Assembly (NCBI GenBank): GCA_051294905.1
Contig: CM119371.1
Location: 23,810,001-23,874,000 of the forward strand
Reading direction: 5' to 3'
Length of the DNA: 64,000 bases
Source: Botryllus schlosseri
Lineage: Eukaryota
Below are positions 1-10,301 of this stretch, one piece after another. The translations under genes were made by a program, and so were the position numbers. The notes under the pieces are model-generated. The model searched no databases. It had not been told where the DNA came from and saw only the letters and a program-made list of their open reading frames with translations. Positions within the stretch are counted from its first letter, which is position 1, and each line of letters begins with the position of its first letter.

Positions 1-2
1 GT

Positions 3-125
3 CTTAAAATACGCGGAAAAGAAGCCGCTGGGAACGCTCTCGATTCTTTACTGAGAAAAAGAAAAATGCCAAGACGGGGTCGTAAGATCACGAAAAAGAG
101 ACGTCGCAAAGATATTTTCGATTAA
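3..125 (+). CDS. C-terminal fragment of a small basic Polinton protein (core/PW-PM-like)
   Basis: Frame from base 3 reads LKIRGKEAAGNALDSLLRKRKMPRRGRKITKKRRRKDIFD*; an Arg/Lys-rich tail ending in DIF just upstream of the capsid gene is typical of Maverick morphogenesis modules; 5' part lies outside the window. Confidence 0.65.
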   Translation, partial: LKIRGKEAAGNALDSLLRKRKMPRRGRKITKKRRRKDIFD

Positions 126-174
126 ATATATATTACACGACGATAAGCATCATTTGTTACTTGAGACTTGATAG

Positions 175-1452
175 ATGGCGGAGTTAATTCATGTACAGTC
201 CCCGGAGGGGGTACATCCCTCATTGGATTTATTTCACATTCCCGCGACACAGACTAGCGTCGAAAAGAAAAGAATCATCAAGATAGCGCCGATTTCGAAC
301 AACTCTAGTGTGATAACATTCCGCTTCGAAGGCTCAGAAGACTTTATCGATTTGAGCGAGAGCTATTTCTTATTTCATTTACAATTAAAGAAAGGTGGCG
401 AAGCAATTGGCGCCGACGATGATGTTGGAGTTGTAAATAATATCTTGGATTCCTTGATTTCTCAACTACAAATTAAAGTCGCTAACGAAACTTTGAAACA
501 AGATATAAAAGTACAGTGTTATTCGTCCTATCTGCACAATTTATTCACTCCGCTTGACGTGCAAAATACCACACTCAGGGCCGCAGGATGGAGAAAAGAT
601 ACTTTAGGAAAAATGGATACGATTGGTGGAACTAGCGCCTCGGCTAACAAAGGATATTACAACAGGAGTAAAGCCTATAAGGATGATAACGTAGTGGAAA
701 TACGTGCAAAAATCCATCACGGACTATGTCTGCAAGACCGCTACATCCTACATGACGTGCCTCTCGAGTTTGAGCTTACCTTGAATCCGAAAAGCTTTTT
801 CATGATGGGAGATGCTGCCGGTCAATTCACCTTAACGAAAAAAGAATTACAGTTATGTACCGTACGAGTCAGCGACGATGTGAAGACAGCGATGATGGTG
901 AATGCCCAGGCGAAATATCCGTATATCGACATGAAATTGATCACCCGAACATTTGCGGCTGCTACGACGCAGATAGATATCGGGAATCTATATAGCGGGA
1001 CTTTACCTTCTCGCCTAATCATCGGAATGGTAGCTACGAAAGCCTTTCAAGGAGATGTTACGAAAAATCCTTACAATTTCATACACAATAATATGCAACG
1101 ACTCGAACTGAAACTGAACGGATTTCTGATTCCGGAGGGAGGTTATGAGCTAGATTTCGATAAGGGTCATTACACGGAGCTTTATCATAACCTGATTGAA
1201 GGTACGGGTGCAATGGAGAAAAACAGAGGACTCCTAACGCCTGAAGAGTTCGCTAGTGGTTTCTGTCTACTGGTTTATAATTTGCGCCCCGATGATTTGG
1301 ATGATTGCTTTGACTTACAAAAGAGTGGTACCTTAAGTTTACGAATCACATTTCCTGCTGGCGGGCTAACAGCGGAAACTACTTTGCTCTGCTTCATGGA
1401 ATTTCAAAAGCTATTGCAAATCAGTAGCAGTCGTAAAGTGACCGTGCTATGA
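175..1452 (+). CDS. Polinton major capsid protein (PY, double jelly-roll/hexon-like)
   Basis: Intact 425-aa ORF with PY motifs: SLDLFHIPATQTS, FIDLSESY, VNNILDSLISQ, HGLCLQDRYI, PSRLIIGMV...AFQG...NPYNF, SGTLSLRITF, C-terminal MEFQKLLQI. Confidence 0.93.
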   Translation: MAELIHVQSPEGVHPSLDLFHIPATQTSVEKKRIIKIAPISNNSSVITFRFEGSEDFIDLSESYFLFHLQLKKGGEAIGADDDVGVVNNILDSLISQLQIKVANETLKQDIKVQCYSSYLHNLFTPLDVQNTTLRAAGWRKDTLGKMDTIGGTSASANKGYYNRSKAYKDDNVVEIRAKIHHGLCLQDRYILHDVPLEFELTLNPKSFFMMGDAAGQFTLTKKELQLCTVRVSDDVKTAMMVNAQAKYPYIDMKLITRTFAAATTQIDIGNLYSGTLPSRLIIGMVATKAFQGDVTKNPYNFIHNNMQRLELKLNGFLIPEGGYELDFDKGHYTELYHNLIEGTGAMEKNRGLLTPEEFASGFCLLVYNLRPDDLDDCFDLQKSGTLSLRITFPAGGLTAETTLLCFMEFQKLLQISSSRKVTVL

Positions 1453-1904
1453 ACGGGGATGAAATAGACCGCATATTGTGGTGCTGCGAGTCAACAAAAC
1501 ATATTTTCCTTGGTACATTTCCTATCGATCGACTGCCGAGGCGACCCCCTCCTCCTTATGCTATCGTGATCAATTATGACGAGGCTCGAAAAATCGGAAG
1601 TCACTGGATATGCATTTACGCGGATGAGGATGAGACACATTTTCATGATAGCTTTGGCTTAATGCCGTTGAAATACGAGATTGCGTGCTTTATAGAACCA
1701 GAAAATTATACCTGCTCCATAAAGCGTCTGCAGCACAAACGTTCCAGAGCGTGCGGTCATCATTGTCTAAGCTTCATCGTCCATAAGGCGCGCGGATGGA
1801 GTACGGAACGTTATTTAGATTCCTTTGGCGAAGATCACCGCAAGAATGATTCGATCGTACGACGCTTCGTCAAGGAGCTGAAGCAAGAAAATGAAATTGT
1901 GTAA
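1449..1904 (+). CDS. Adenain-like cysteine maturation protease (clan CE, PRO)
   Basis: Intact 151-aa ORF with catalytic motifs GSHW (His), HDSFG (Asp), RLQ (oxyanion Gln), ACGHHC (Cys); start overlaps the capsid stop (ATGA). Confidence 0.93.
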   Translation: MNGDEIDRILWCCESTKHIFLGTFPIDRLPRRPPPPYAIVINYDEARKIGSHWICIYADEDETHFHDSFGLMPLKYEIACFIEPENYTCSIKRLQHKRSRACGHHCLSFIVHKARGWSTERYLDSFGEDHRKNDSIVRRFVKELKQENEIV

Positions 1905-1915
1905 ATATATATGTG

Positions 1916-1921
1916 AATAAA
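1916..1921 (+). terminator. Polyadenylation signal AATAAA for the capsid-protease transcript
   Basis: AATAAA 12 nt after the protease stop. Confidence 0.6.
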
Positions 1922-2007
1922 ATCAATAGTTTCAAAGTTTACTTAGTACGTTTAAGGGTGATATTCGCTACGTTCATTATAGCAATCATCTCAAAGTAGT
2001 AGACTCT

Positions 2008-4570
2008 AAATCAGCAGTAGCGACTTGCTTTCGATTAGTCGATAGTGTCTACATATTATCATCATCTAGCAAGAGCCAGGAATTTATATTGAGCGACTTC
2101 CCTCCTACAGCAAACGCAACTTACATTACGTCGTTACTGAACATCAAGTAATAAGCGGGACTAGGCCGGCTACCCTTAATACGAATTTGCATTTTGCTGG
2201 CACAATCTATGCTATAGTTGAGCGACCTCAGCACACTTCTTTGATATAGCTGCACAACGATCTAGACTTCGGCGTCTGGTACAGATGTGATGTTATAGCT
2301 TCAACTCATAGCGTTTTAGGAGATAAATTATAGCATAGACATAGGTTATAGATTTTATTCACTATCGGAAAAGCATCAGTGCACTAGCTATTTAAATCAC
2401 GCATCTAAAAGCAGCAGCTTATGGACTAGTGGCTTCATAATATCATCATCTAGCAGGAGCCAGGAATTTGTATTGAGTGACTTCGCTCCTATAGCCCCAG
2501 CAAACGCAGCTTACATTAATACGGCGTTACTGAACATCGAGTAATAAGCGGCACTAGGCAGGCTACACTTAATACGAATCTGCATTTTGCGGGTACAATC
2601 TATGCTGTAGTTGAGCGACTTGAAATGATACGACCTTGGCATACTTCTTCGATATACATGTAGCTGCGCAACGATGTAGGCTTGAGCGCCAGCGTCTGGA
2701 ACAGATGTGATGTCGGTGATCTGAAATGTTAAGATATAGCTTCAAGCCGCTGTGGCGTAGCGTTTCAGGAGATAAATTATAGCATAGACATAGGTTTAGC
2801 TATAGATTTTATTCACTATCGGAAATGCTATGATAACGCATCAGTACACTAGCTATTAAAATCACATATCTAAAAGCAGCAGCTTATGGACTTGTAAAAT
2901 CGACATAATCTCAGTAGTTAGATGCTTGCTCTCGCAATTTGCCACTTTTATGCCATGAGTAAAGCTAGCTAAAGATTTAGCTTCAAGACGCTGTGGTGTA
3001 GCGAATTTTATTTAAATCAGCAGTAGCGACTTGCTTTCGATTTATACAGGCGATAGTGGCTACATATTACCATCGTCTAGCAAGAACCAGGAATTTGTGT
3101 TGAGTGACTTCGCTCCTACAGCAAACGCAACTTACATTATTACGGCGTTACTGAACATCGAGTAATAAGCGGCACTAGGTAGGCTACCCTAAATACGAAT
3201 TTGTATTTTGCTGGCACAATCTATGCTATAGTTGAGCGACTTTGATACGACCTCAGCACACTTCTTTGATATAGTTATAGCTGCACAACGATCTAGACTT
3301 GAACGTCGGCGTCTGGTACTGATGTGATGTTATAGCTTCAACCCGTAGCGTTTTAGGAGATAAATTATAGCATAGACATAGGTTATAGATTTTATTCACT
3401 ATCGGAAAAGCATCAGTGCACTAGCTATTTAAATCACGCATCTAAAAGCAGCAGCTTATGGACTAGTGGCTTCATATTATCATCATCTAGCAGGAGCCTA
3501 TTAGGGAATTTGTATTGAGTGACTTCGCTCCTATAGCCCTGGCAAACGCAGCTTACATTAATACGGCGTTACTGAACATCGAGTAATGAGCGGCGCTAGG
3601 CAGGCTACACTTAATACGAATTTGCATTTTGCGGGCACAATCTATGCTATAGTTGAGCGACTTGAAATGATACGACCTTGGCATACTTCTTCGATATACA
3701 TGTAGCTGCGCAACGATGTAGGCTTGAACGCCGCCGTCTGGAATAGCTGCGATGTCGGTGATCTGAAATGTTAAGATATAGCTTCAACCCGCAGTGGTAT
3801 AGCATAGACATAGGTTTAGCTATAGATTTTATTCACTATCGGAAATGTTATGATAACGCATCAGTACACTAGCTATTAAAATCACATATCTAAAAGCAGC
3901 AGCTTATGGCCTTATAAAATCGGCATAAAATCAGTAGTTAGATGCTTGCTACAACTCGCAATTTACCACCTTTATGGCATGAGTAAAGCTAGCTAAAGAT
4001 TTAGCTTCAAGACGCTGTGGCGTAGCGAATTTTAGAATAGCTCATAAATTATATAGCTCTGCTAATTCGTGTCACTATTAGCATAGGTTTATATTGGCTA
4101 TAGATTTTATTCACTATCGGAAATGTTATGATAAAGCATCAGTGCACTAGCTATTAAAATCACATATCTAAAAGCAGCGGTAACTTACCAGCGTCATCAG
4201 TCGAAGTGCATAGAGGGATAGGCCTAGTTGTGATAGAAATGTGAAATTTTCTGAGCGTAAATTGCGTGTGCGATGTCGGCGTTTTGATCTGAAATGAAAA
4301 AATTTAGCTTCAATCCGCGGCAGCGTAGCGAATCTTAGAATAGTCGATAAATTATATAGCTATGCTATTCGTAGCACTATAAGCATAGGTTTATATTGGT
4401 TATATATTTATTCACTATCAGAAATGGTAAGATAAAGCATCACTGCACTACCTATTAAATCAGCTCCATTACGTATCTAAAAGCAGCGGCTTATGGGCTT
4501 GTAAAATCAGCATAATCTCAGTAGTTAGATGCTTGCTACAACTCGCAATTTATCAACTTTAGGTCGTGAG
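2008..4570. repeat. Higher-order tandem repeat array in the Polinton tail (about 0.4-0.6 kb units; ~1006-bp dimer repeated twice, plus two partial copies)
   Basis: AAATCAGCAGTAGCGACTTGCTTTCGATT at 2008 and 3014; CATC(A/G)TCTAGCA near 2060, 2444, 3071, 3481; ATTTTATTCACTATC-type motif six times between ~2350 and ~4415. Confidence 0.9.
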
Positions 4571-4899
4571 TAAAGCAAGAATTCATAGACTAACATCCAT
4601 CTCAAATCCGAAGTGCATACCCGCCTAATTATAACCAAATTTAGTGCGAATCTATACGATAACAGAAAACTTGCATATACATTCGAATCTGTGCGACTTC
4701 GGCTATATTGCCGGTTAACATTATAGCCGCGCACAGAACTCACTATTACGTTAGCTATTGGAGAAATCTCAACGTAAATCAATCTGCGTTCACAAGTAAG
4801 CTAATGCTGTATCGAGAAATTATAGCTAAATTGAGTTTAAATTGACACGAAAATACATTGATCTTACCTCGTCTGCGATGCCTGCATCCCTGCGCACAT
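3557..4899 (-). CDS. Candidate spliced leftward gene of the Polinton (exons 4899-4868, 4288-4189, 3762-3557), unknown product
   Basis: GCCATG start; donors GAG|GTAAGA, CTG|GTAAGT, AAT|GTAAGC; acceptors TTTTTCATTTCAG and AACATTTCAG; exon phases join into an open frame of about 112 codons; no homology recognised. Confidence 0.4.
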
Positions 4900-4964
4900 G
4901 GCAATACTTTTAACAGAAGTGTGAAGTTTTCAGAATGCGAATTGCTTTACGTCGGAAGTAAACA

Positions 4965-5499
4965 TTCTAATTCGTATCGCCAGCGCGGCGTTTTCTTGGA
5001 AACGCAACTATATATTTAGAATGTTCTAATTCCCATTATCGATGTGGCCCGACTTCTTGGAATCGCAACTATATTAGAATGTTCTAATTCATATTGTCGA
5101 TGTGACCCGACTTCTTGGAATCGTAAGCAACTATATTCGTACCACATTTACACGCGTCAATTTCTTGGAATAGTATTCAGCAATATGCGCGGCGCATGAG
5201 CTTTGCGTGATCGTAGGCCTTTATGCTTGCGATATCAGTATTATTAAGTTGCATTTGCAGAATTCCCCAAAATCATTGACTAATTAATGAATCTAATTCA
5301 TATTGTCGATGTGACCCGACTTCTTGGAATCGTAAGCAGCTATATTCGTACCACATTTACACGCGTCAATTTCTTGGAATAGTATTCAGCAATATGCGCG
5401 GCGCATGAGCTTTGCGTGATCGTAGGCCTTTATGCTTGCGATATCAGTATTATTAAGTTGCATTTGCAGAATTCCCCAAAATCATTGACTAATTAATGA
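4965..5499. repeat. ~58-bp degenerate repeats plus a 209-bp near-perfect tandem duplication (5083-5290 / 5292-5499)
   Basis: TCTAATTC...TTCTTGGAA...GCAACTATA units near 4965, 5024, 5082; block from 5083 repeated at 5292. Confidence 0.9.
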
Positions 5500-5628
5500 T
5501 GACACAGCTGTTATAGTACACACGAATATAGTCTTACATTTATGTGTAATAACTCGAAAAAGGTGTTGTCTCGGAATTTAAGAGAGAATCGGCGGTTATA
5601 TTCTCAAAACAGCTCAATACGGCTAGTT

Positions 5629-5705
5629 TGCTCAATAGCCTGGTGGTGAGCGACGTGAAATTATACCCAACCAAACCAGGTTCGATTCTAGCTTAGGTAA
5701 GTTTT
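5629..5705 (+). ncRNA. tRNA-like Pol III type-2 unit inside the Polinton terminal region (VA-RNA-like candidate)
   Basis: A box TAGCCTGGTGG (5636-5646), B box GGTTCGATTCT (5679-5689) at tRNA spacing, TTTT at 5702-5705; cloverleaf stems degenerate. Confidence 0.5.
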
Positions 5706-6022
5706 GATGTGGCAATGAGTGACATAGGTGCAGCAATCGACATCGCGCGGGTTGATGCTGCGCAGCGTATAGATGCGACAATCAATGCGGTGATGATGTG
5801 GCAATGGTTGGATGATGTGGCACTATAGGCGTGGCACTTGATGATGTTGCGCAGGTGATGTGGCAATGGGTGTGCTATAGGTACGGCAATGGGCGGATGA
5901 TGTGGCAAGGGGCGTCCTATAGGTGCGGCAATGGGCGGATGATGTGGCAATCTAGGCGTGGCAATTAAGGCGACGTGGCCTTCTGGGATTGGCGGGGCAT
6001 AAAAGTAGATCCCCTCACTACT
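5706..6022. repeat. GC-rich subterminal repeats and terminus of the Polinton (presumed TIR/origin)
   Basis: GATGTGGCA about six times, CTATAGGTRCGGCAATGGGCGGATGATGTGGCAA twice, terminal ACTACT; matching left TIR not in the window. Confidence 0.75.
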
Positions 6023-6465
6023 CAAAGAGCATATCGCTGCATGACTTTGACAAAAAGTACGTTCTTGAAATTGGTCTTTATCCCAGCTTGACCAGCAAAT
6101 TGCATCAAATTTTGGAAGCACGTACGCCTGTGAACAATAGTTGTGAACAATGAAATTCACGAAGGGCAAGCTAAGATCACGTATTTCTGACGTCCATTTT
6201 CAATAGGGGCTGATTCTTGTTTCATCTGACTTGTTACCAGAAGTTGTAAACCTTCCACAGAGCAAGCTGCGTCAATTGTCACAATTATTCTGTGTTGTTG
6301 AAGTGTAAATACATGTGTCTTCTGATGGGTATGATTGAGATTGCAGTAATGTAGGATAATATACCGAAGTGAGCGTAAAATATAGTACTAAGAAAAATTC
6401 CGGCCCGCCAAAAAGTTGTGCACCCGAAATTTGGCCCGCGACTAGCTAAAGGTTGCCGAACCCTG
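6023..6465 (+). pseudogene. 3' part of a decayed Buster/Charlie (GTF2IRD2-like) hAT transposon interrupted by the Polinton
   Basis: Reads SLHDFDKKYV...YPSL / IASNFGSTYACEQ*L*TMKFTKGKLRSRISDVHF (hAT dimerisation motif with stops); ends GGCCCGCG...GGTTGCCGAACCCTG. Confidence 0.8.
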
Positions 6466-9400
6466 CGTTACGTGAAGCCGGGAGATAATCAAGCGCAATT
6501 TGATTGGTTAATTACGCTGACACCAATCTCGCCGGCCGACCGATAGAAAGGAGAACAATCGATCTTCTGAATTCGAGAGCGATCAGTTTTTGTACATCAG
6601 AGGCGCCGCCTCACTGTAGTGTCAAAACGGTTGCGTTCACTTCTCTCCTGCACTGTCTTCGCCTGGTTCAGCATGGAATATACACATTTTGTTGACTGGG
6701 TGGCGTCATCCCAACACTGCTACTAACCTCGCATTGTGAATAGCTATAGCAGCCCAACGTTTATGTACTTACCATACCGGTCGTGAAAAATATGGAATGT
6801 TGTCTTTATCTGTCGATGAAATTTAGATGATAAATACAGCTCATTTATATGAATCAAAATACGTATTTTTGTCCTTCTAACAACAAAACCTAAAGTTCAG
6901 ATCTTGAACCGTTTTGTGAGAACCACAGCATGGGAATAAATATATCTCAACAGTTCTGACTGTCAGAGTGTATTCAAATGAATAAATCATGGTCAATAAT
7001 AATAGTCAATCATTTAGACATATCAATGGGCACACCTCATTTTATCACATTTAGTGTGCATGGAGGATTAATCATTAGTAAAATAGACTTTCCACCTCTA
7101 TTTCTCCTATAGTATATGGGATTATTAATATTAAAAGTTATGTATTTAAATTACCGATTTTTCAGCTTTTTTACTCATGCATTATTTTTTACGTTTCTAT
7201 TATGCTTTATTGTGCATTGATGTAGCCTACACCAGTGATGAGCGGCTATAGATTTTTGAGAATACGAATCCATCCGATGGCTTGAGTGTCTGTGAAACTA
7301 TCCGACCGAATCCGAAGAATGTCATCCAACTATGCGACTATATCCGAAAATGTCATACAATAACCCAAAAAAAATCCGTATCGAAAAACGTTGTAGCAGA
7401 GGGCATCAATTATACAACGGAGCTGAGATACAGTTCGGCACTAGAAGATCACTAATAGTATCAATGGAATGAGCAAAATCAAAAATTGGACTTTTAATTA
7501 TTGGAAGGTTAACGCAAAGAGACATAGCTACTAATTTGAAGTAGGTGTGCAGATGAAGGTGTCCTCTCGTAACGAAAGCAAATGAAAAAGAACAGAAATA
7601 TTTAGGGAATAGATATAAAAAAATAATGAACTGTATTATCTAATAAATATCAATAAGTAATTGAAGCTAATTGTTACAATAGAAGTTCACAATATTCGAT
7701 GCAAATATTCCGCATTTTGTCAACAAATACTGGAAGCTGTGAAAGCTGGTTTACTAGCAACTTGCTGATGCTTATAATACCATTGTTCAATCAGTTCAAA
7801 TATTGGGACACCATGCTTGTAGTCACACAATATACATAAGGCTAAAGCAGATAGTTGATTTTGATTAACTTGGATCATTGACAAACATTTTAGAGCAGTG
7901 GTCGGGAACCTATGGCTCGCGAGCCATATATGGCTCTTTTGGGTATAAGATATGACTCTTTTCCAAATATTTATTTTTGTACTGAATTGATCAATATTGT
8001 AGCAACTTGTTAGTACATTTTAATCACGGCCAGATAATTATTGTCGTGGCAGTATAAACATGTCTGTTAGAGGTAAATCCTCAAATTTAAGTTACTATCG
8101 CGCCGACGACCAATATCAATCGCGAATTCGATGCACCCGATTCGCAATCTTAGATTGCACAATACGTTGATTGATCAAAGAGAATAGCAGACATGCCGAC
8201 GCCCATATGACAACGCAGTTTTCAAATACACATTGTCTTCCTGATCTACGGCGCGAAATGAACTGCATTTAGACGTAGAATTCACAATTACAAACTCGAA
8301 TTACAAACAACGCCATAGCTATCCACGTTCTTGATTGCTAAGTAGCTCTGTAGTATCGGCGATAAAATGTAGGCGAGTATCGCAACGCTATATGTTACCG
8401 CCGAATACTCTGAGAATTGAAAAGTCGATCAGTATTTAGATTTTTGGAATCGTTAAAGCTACACTCGATTAATATCAGTTATAACAAATTCTAAGCTATT
8501 TACGATGAATTGCGTTATCAATGATGACTTGGCCCATCTGTGCCTTAGCTGTCGTTTCGCGCTTTAATTTCGAATAATAAATACGCAAATTGTGTCATTA
8601 CGGGAGACAAATGTTCAAACTCTTGTCGTTCATGAACATCGATAGAAAATACCAATAGTAATTGACAGGGCCGTAACAGCACTTCGTCAGCCCCCCAAAA
8701 AACGTTGGTCATGGGCCCCCCATAGGTTGATAAACCGAACTTCTGCCCCAGACCCCCCTTGCTTATCCGCTGTTTACCGCTACTCATCATCTGTGTTGAT
8801 CGTCCGTTTAGTGCGGCAGCTTTTGTCGTCCAGACGCGCGAAGCGAGAAAAATTTCAAAATTCCTGATTGAATCGGTCAATATGATCGGGAATTGAACAT
8901 ATATTGTTATCAATTTTTATCCTCTCTCTGCCCACGTAATCAGATTTACCGGTAGACCTGAGTGAGGTGCGTTTGAAATGGTAGGACCCCTCAATAATAA
9001 TTTCACATCTTCGGGCGTATACCCGTTCGCAGGAACGAGACAGCACTTGGACAGGCCCCCCAATAAAACTTGGGTCTTGGGCTCCCATAGGGTGATAAAC
9101 CGCCCCCATCACATTGTTCGCTTTTGTCACGAAATAAGGGCCACAGTTTAGTGAACCAGCGCTAAGCTCGAAAATTTTCGATAATTCATGATAAAATCGG
9201 TCAATAATATTGGGAATTGCATATATATTGCTATCAATTTCTTGTTCTCTCTGTTCACGTTATCAGATTTACCGGTAGAGCTGAATGAGGTGGCTTGGAA
9301 ACTGTAGGGCCCGTAAATAATAATTAAACATATTCGGGCGGGCGGCCCCGTGGGTATGACTTCGTTTCATGATGTCATTTCGTGATCTCCTGTCTGTTAC

Positions 9401-10301
9401 ATCAAAAAATACAGAATCGCCCAAATGTACTAAACCAGAGGTCTCAAACTCAAATGTGCTCGCGGGCCAATTTCCTACCTTTTATGGCTCCGCGGGCCGC
9501 AGTAGGCCTACCAATGATAGGAGAATTCAATGTATTTCCAAGTAGGTCTTATTTGACGGGACCTTGCAGACTGACATTCCACAAGTGTCGTAAAAATGTG
9601 TGAATTACTATTGTGAATTCACGCCTGGCACGAAAAAGATAACATTTTTATATGTGCAAATAAAATTGTTACTGTACTTGGCATAGTTTGTCAAAATAAT
9701 TAGTTGTAGACACCATACGAGAGAACAAATATGGGAACCAGACATGGGGTGATTACTTCATGAATGTAATCGATTGCGATTACGATTACTTCGGAATCAC
9801 GCGATTACGATTACGATTACGATTACAGCAAAATCAGGAAGTAGTCGATTACGATTACGATTACATTGGAAAAGTAATCACGATTACTCACGAATACATT
9901 TGTTTTGCTTCTTAGAACTATAATCTTAAATGATATATTGGAAGACAATGCAAGGATTGCGATGAAAAGGTTTAATGAGATATCAACTCTCTTCATGCAT
10001 CATGCATCATTTGCTTATTACGTCATAATATACCAATTGCCCAACTTTATAGGGGATGATTTATCGCACCCAACGATTTGCATTATTGCCAGGTCTTTAC
10101 CTGCCGCACCCCAAAGTATTTAATAGGGTGGGGAGCGTGCTTGAAGGGGACTCAAAAGTATTTCGTAAACCAACTTAAATTATAGAGTATTTTCGAGAAT
10201 TTAATTAATTCTTGAATATGTTCTTCGAGCTTCGCGATTCAAATGTCTCTAGTAGGTTACGGGGACACCAACGCGGACCAAATGAGTCGCCCGCGGTCGC
10301 T

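Larger units (their letters stand above)
1..6022 (+). mobile_element. Polinton/Maverick (adintovirus-like) endogenous element, right-hand end; continues off the left edge of the window
   Basis: Capsid and adenain genes, then a long repeat-rich non-coding tail ending CCCCTCACTACT (reverse complement AGTAGTGAGGGG, the 5'-AGTAGT Polinton terminus) at 6022, after which unrelated hAT sequence begins abruptly. Confidence 0.87.

Noticed and set aside
2008..5499. CRISPR-like array
   Set aside because: Long degenerate tandem units with no constant repeat/unique spacer pattern; eukaryotic context and no cas genes
5693..6169. 158-aa minus-strand ORF with PHHPPIA repeats
   Set aside because: Spans the Polinton/hAT junction; the periodicity comes from the GATGTGGCAATGGG DNA repeats
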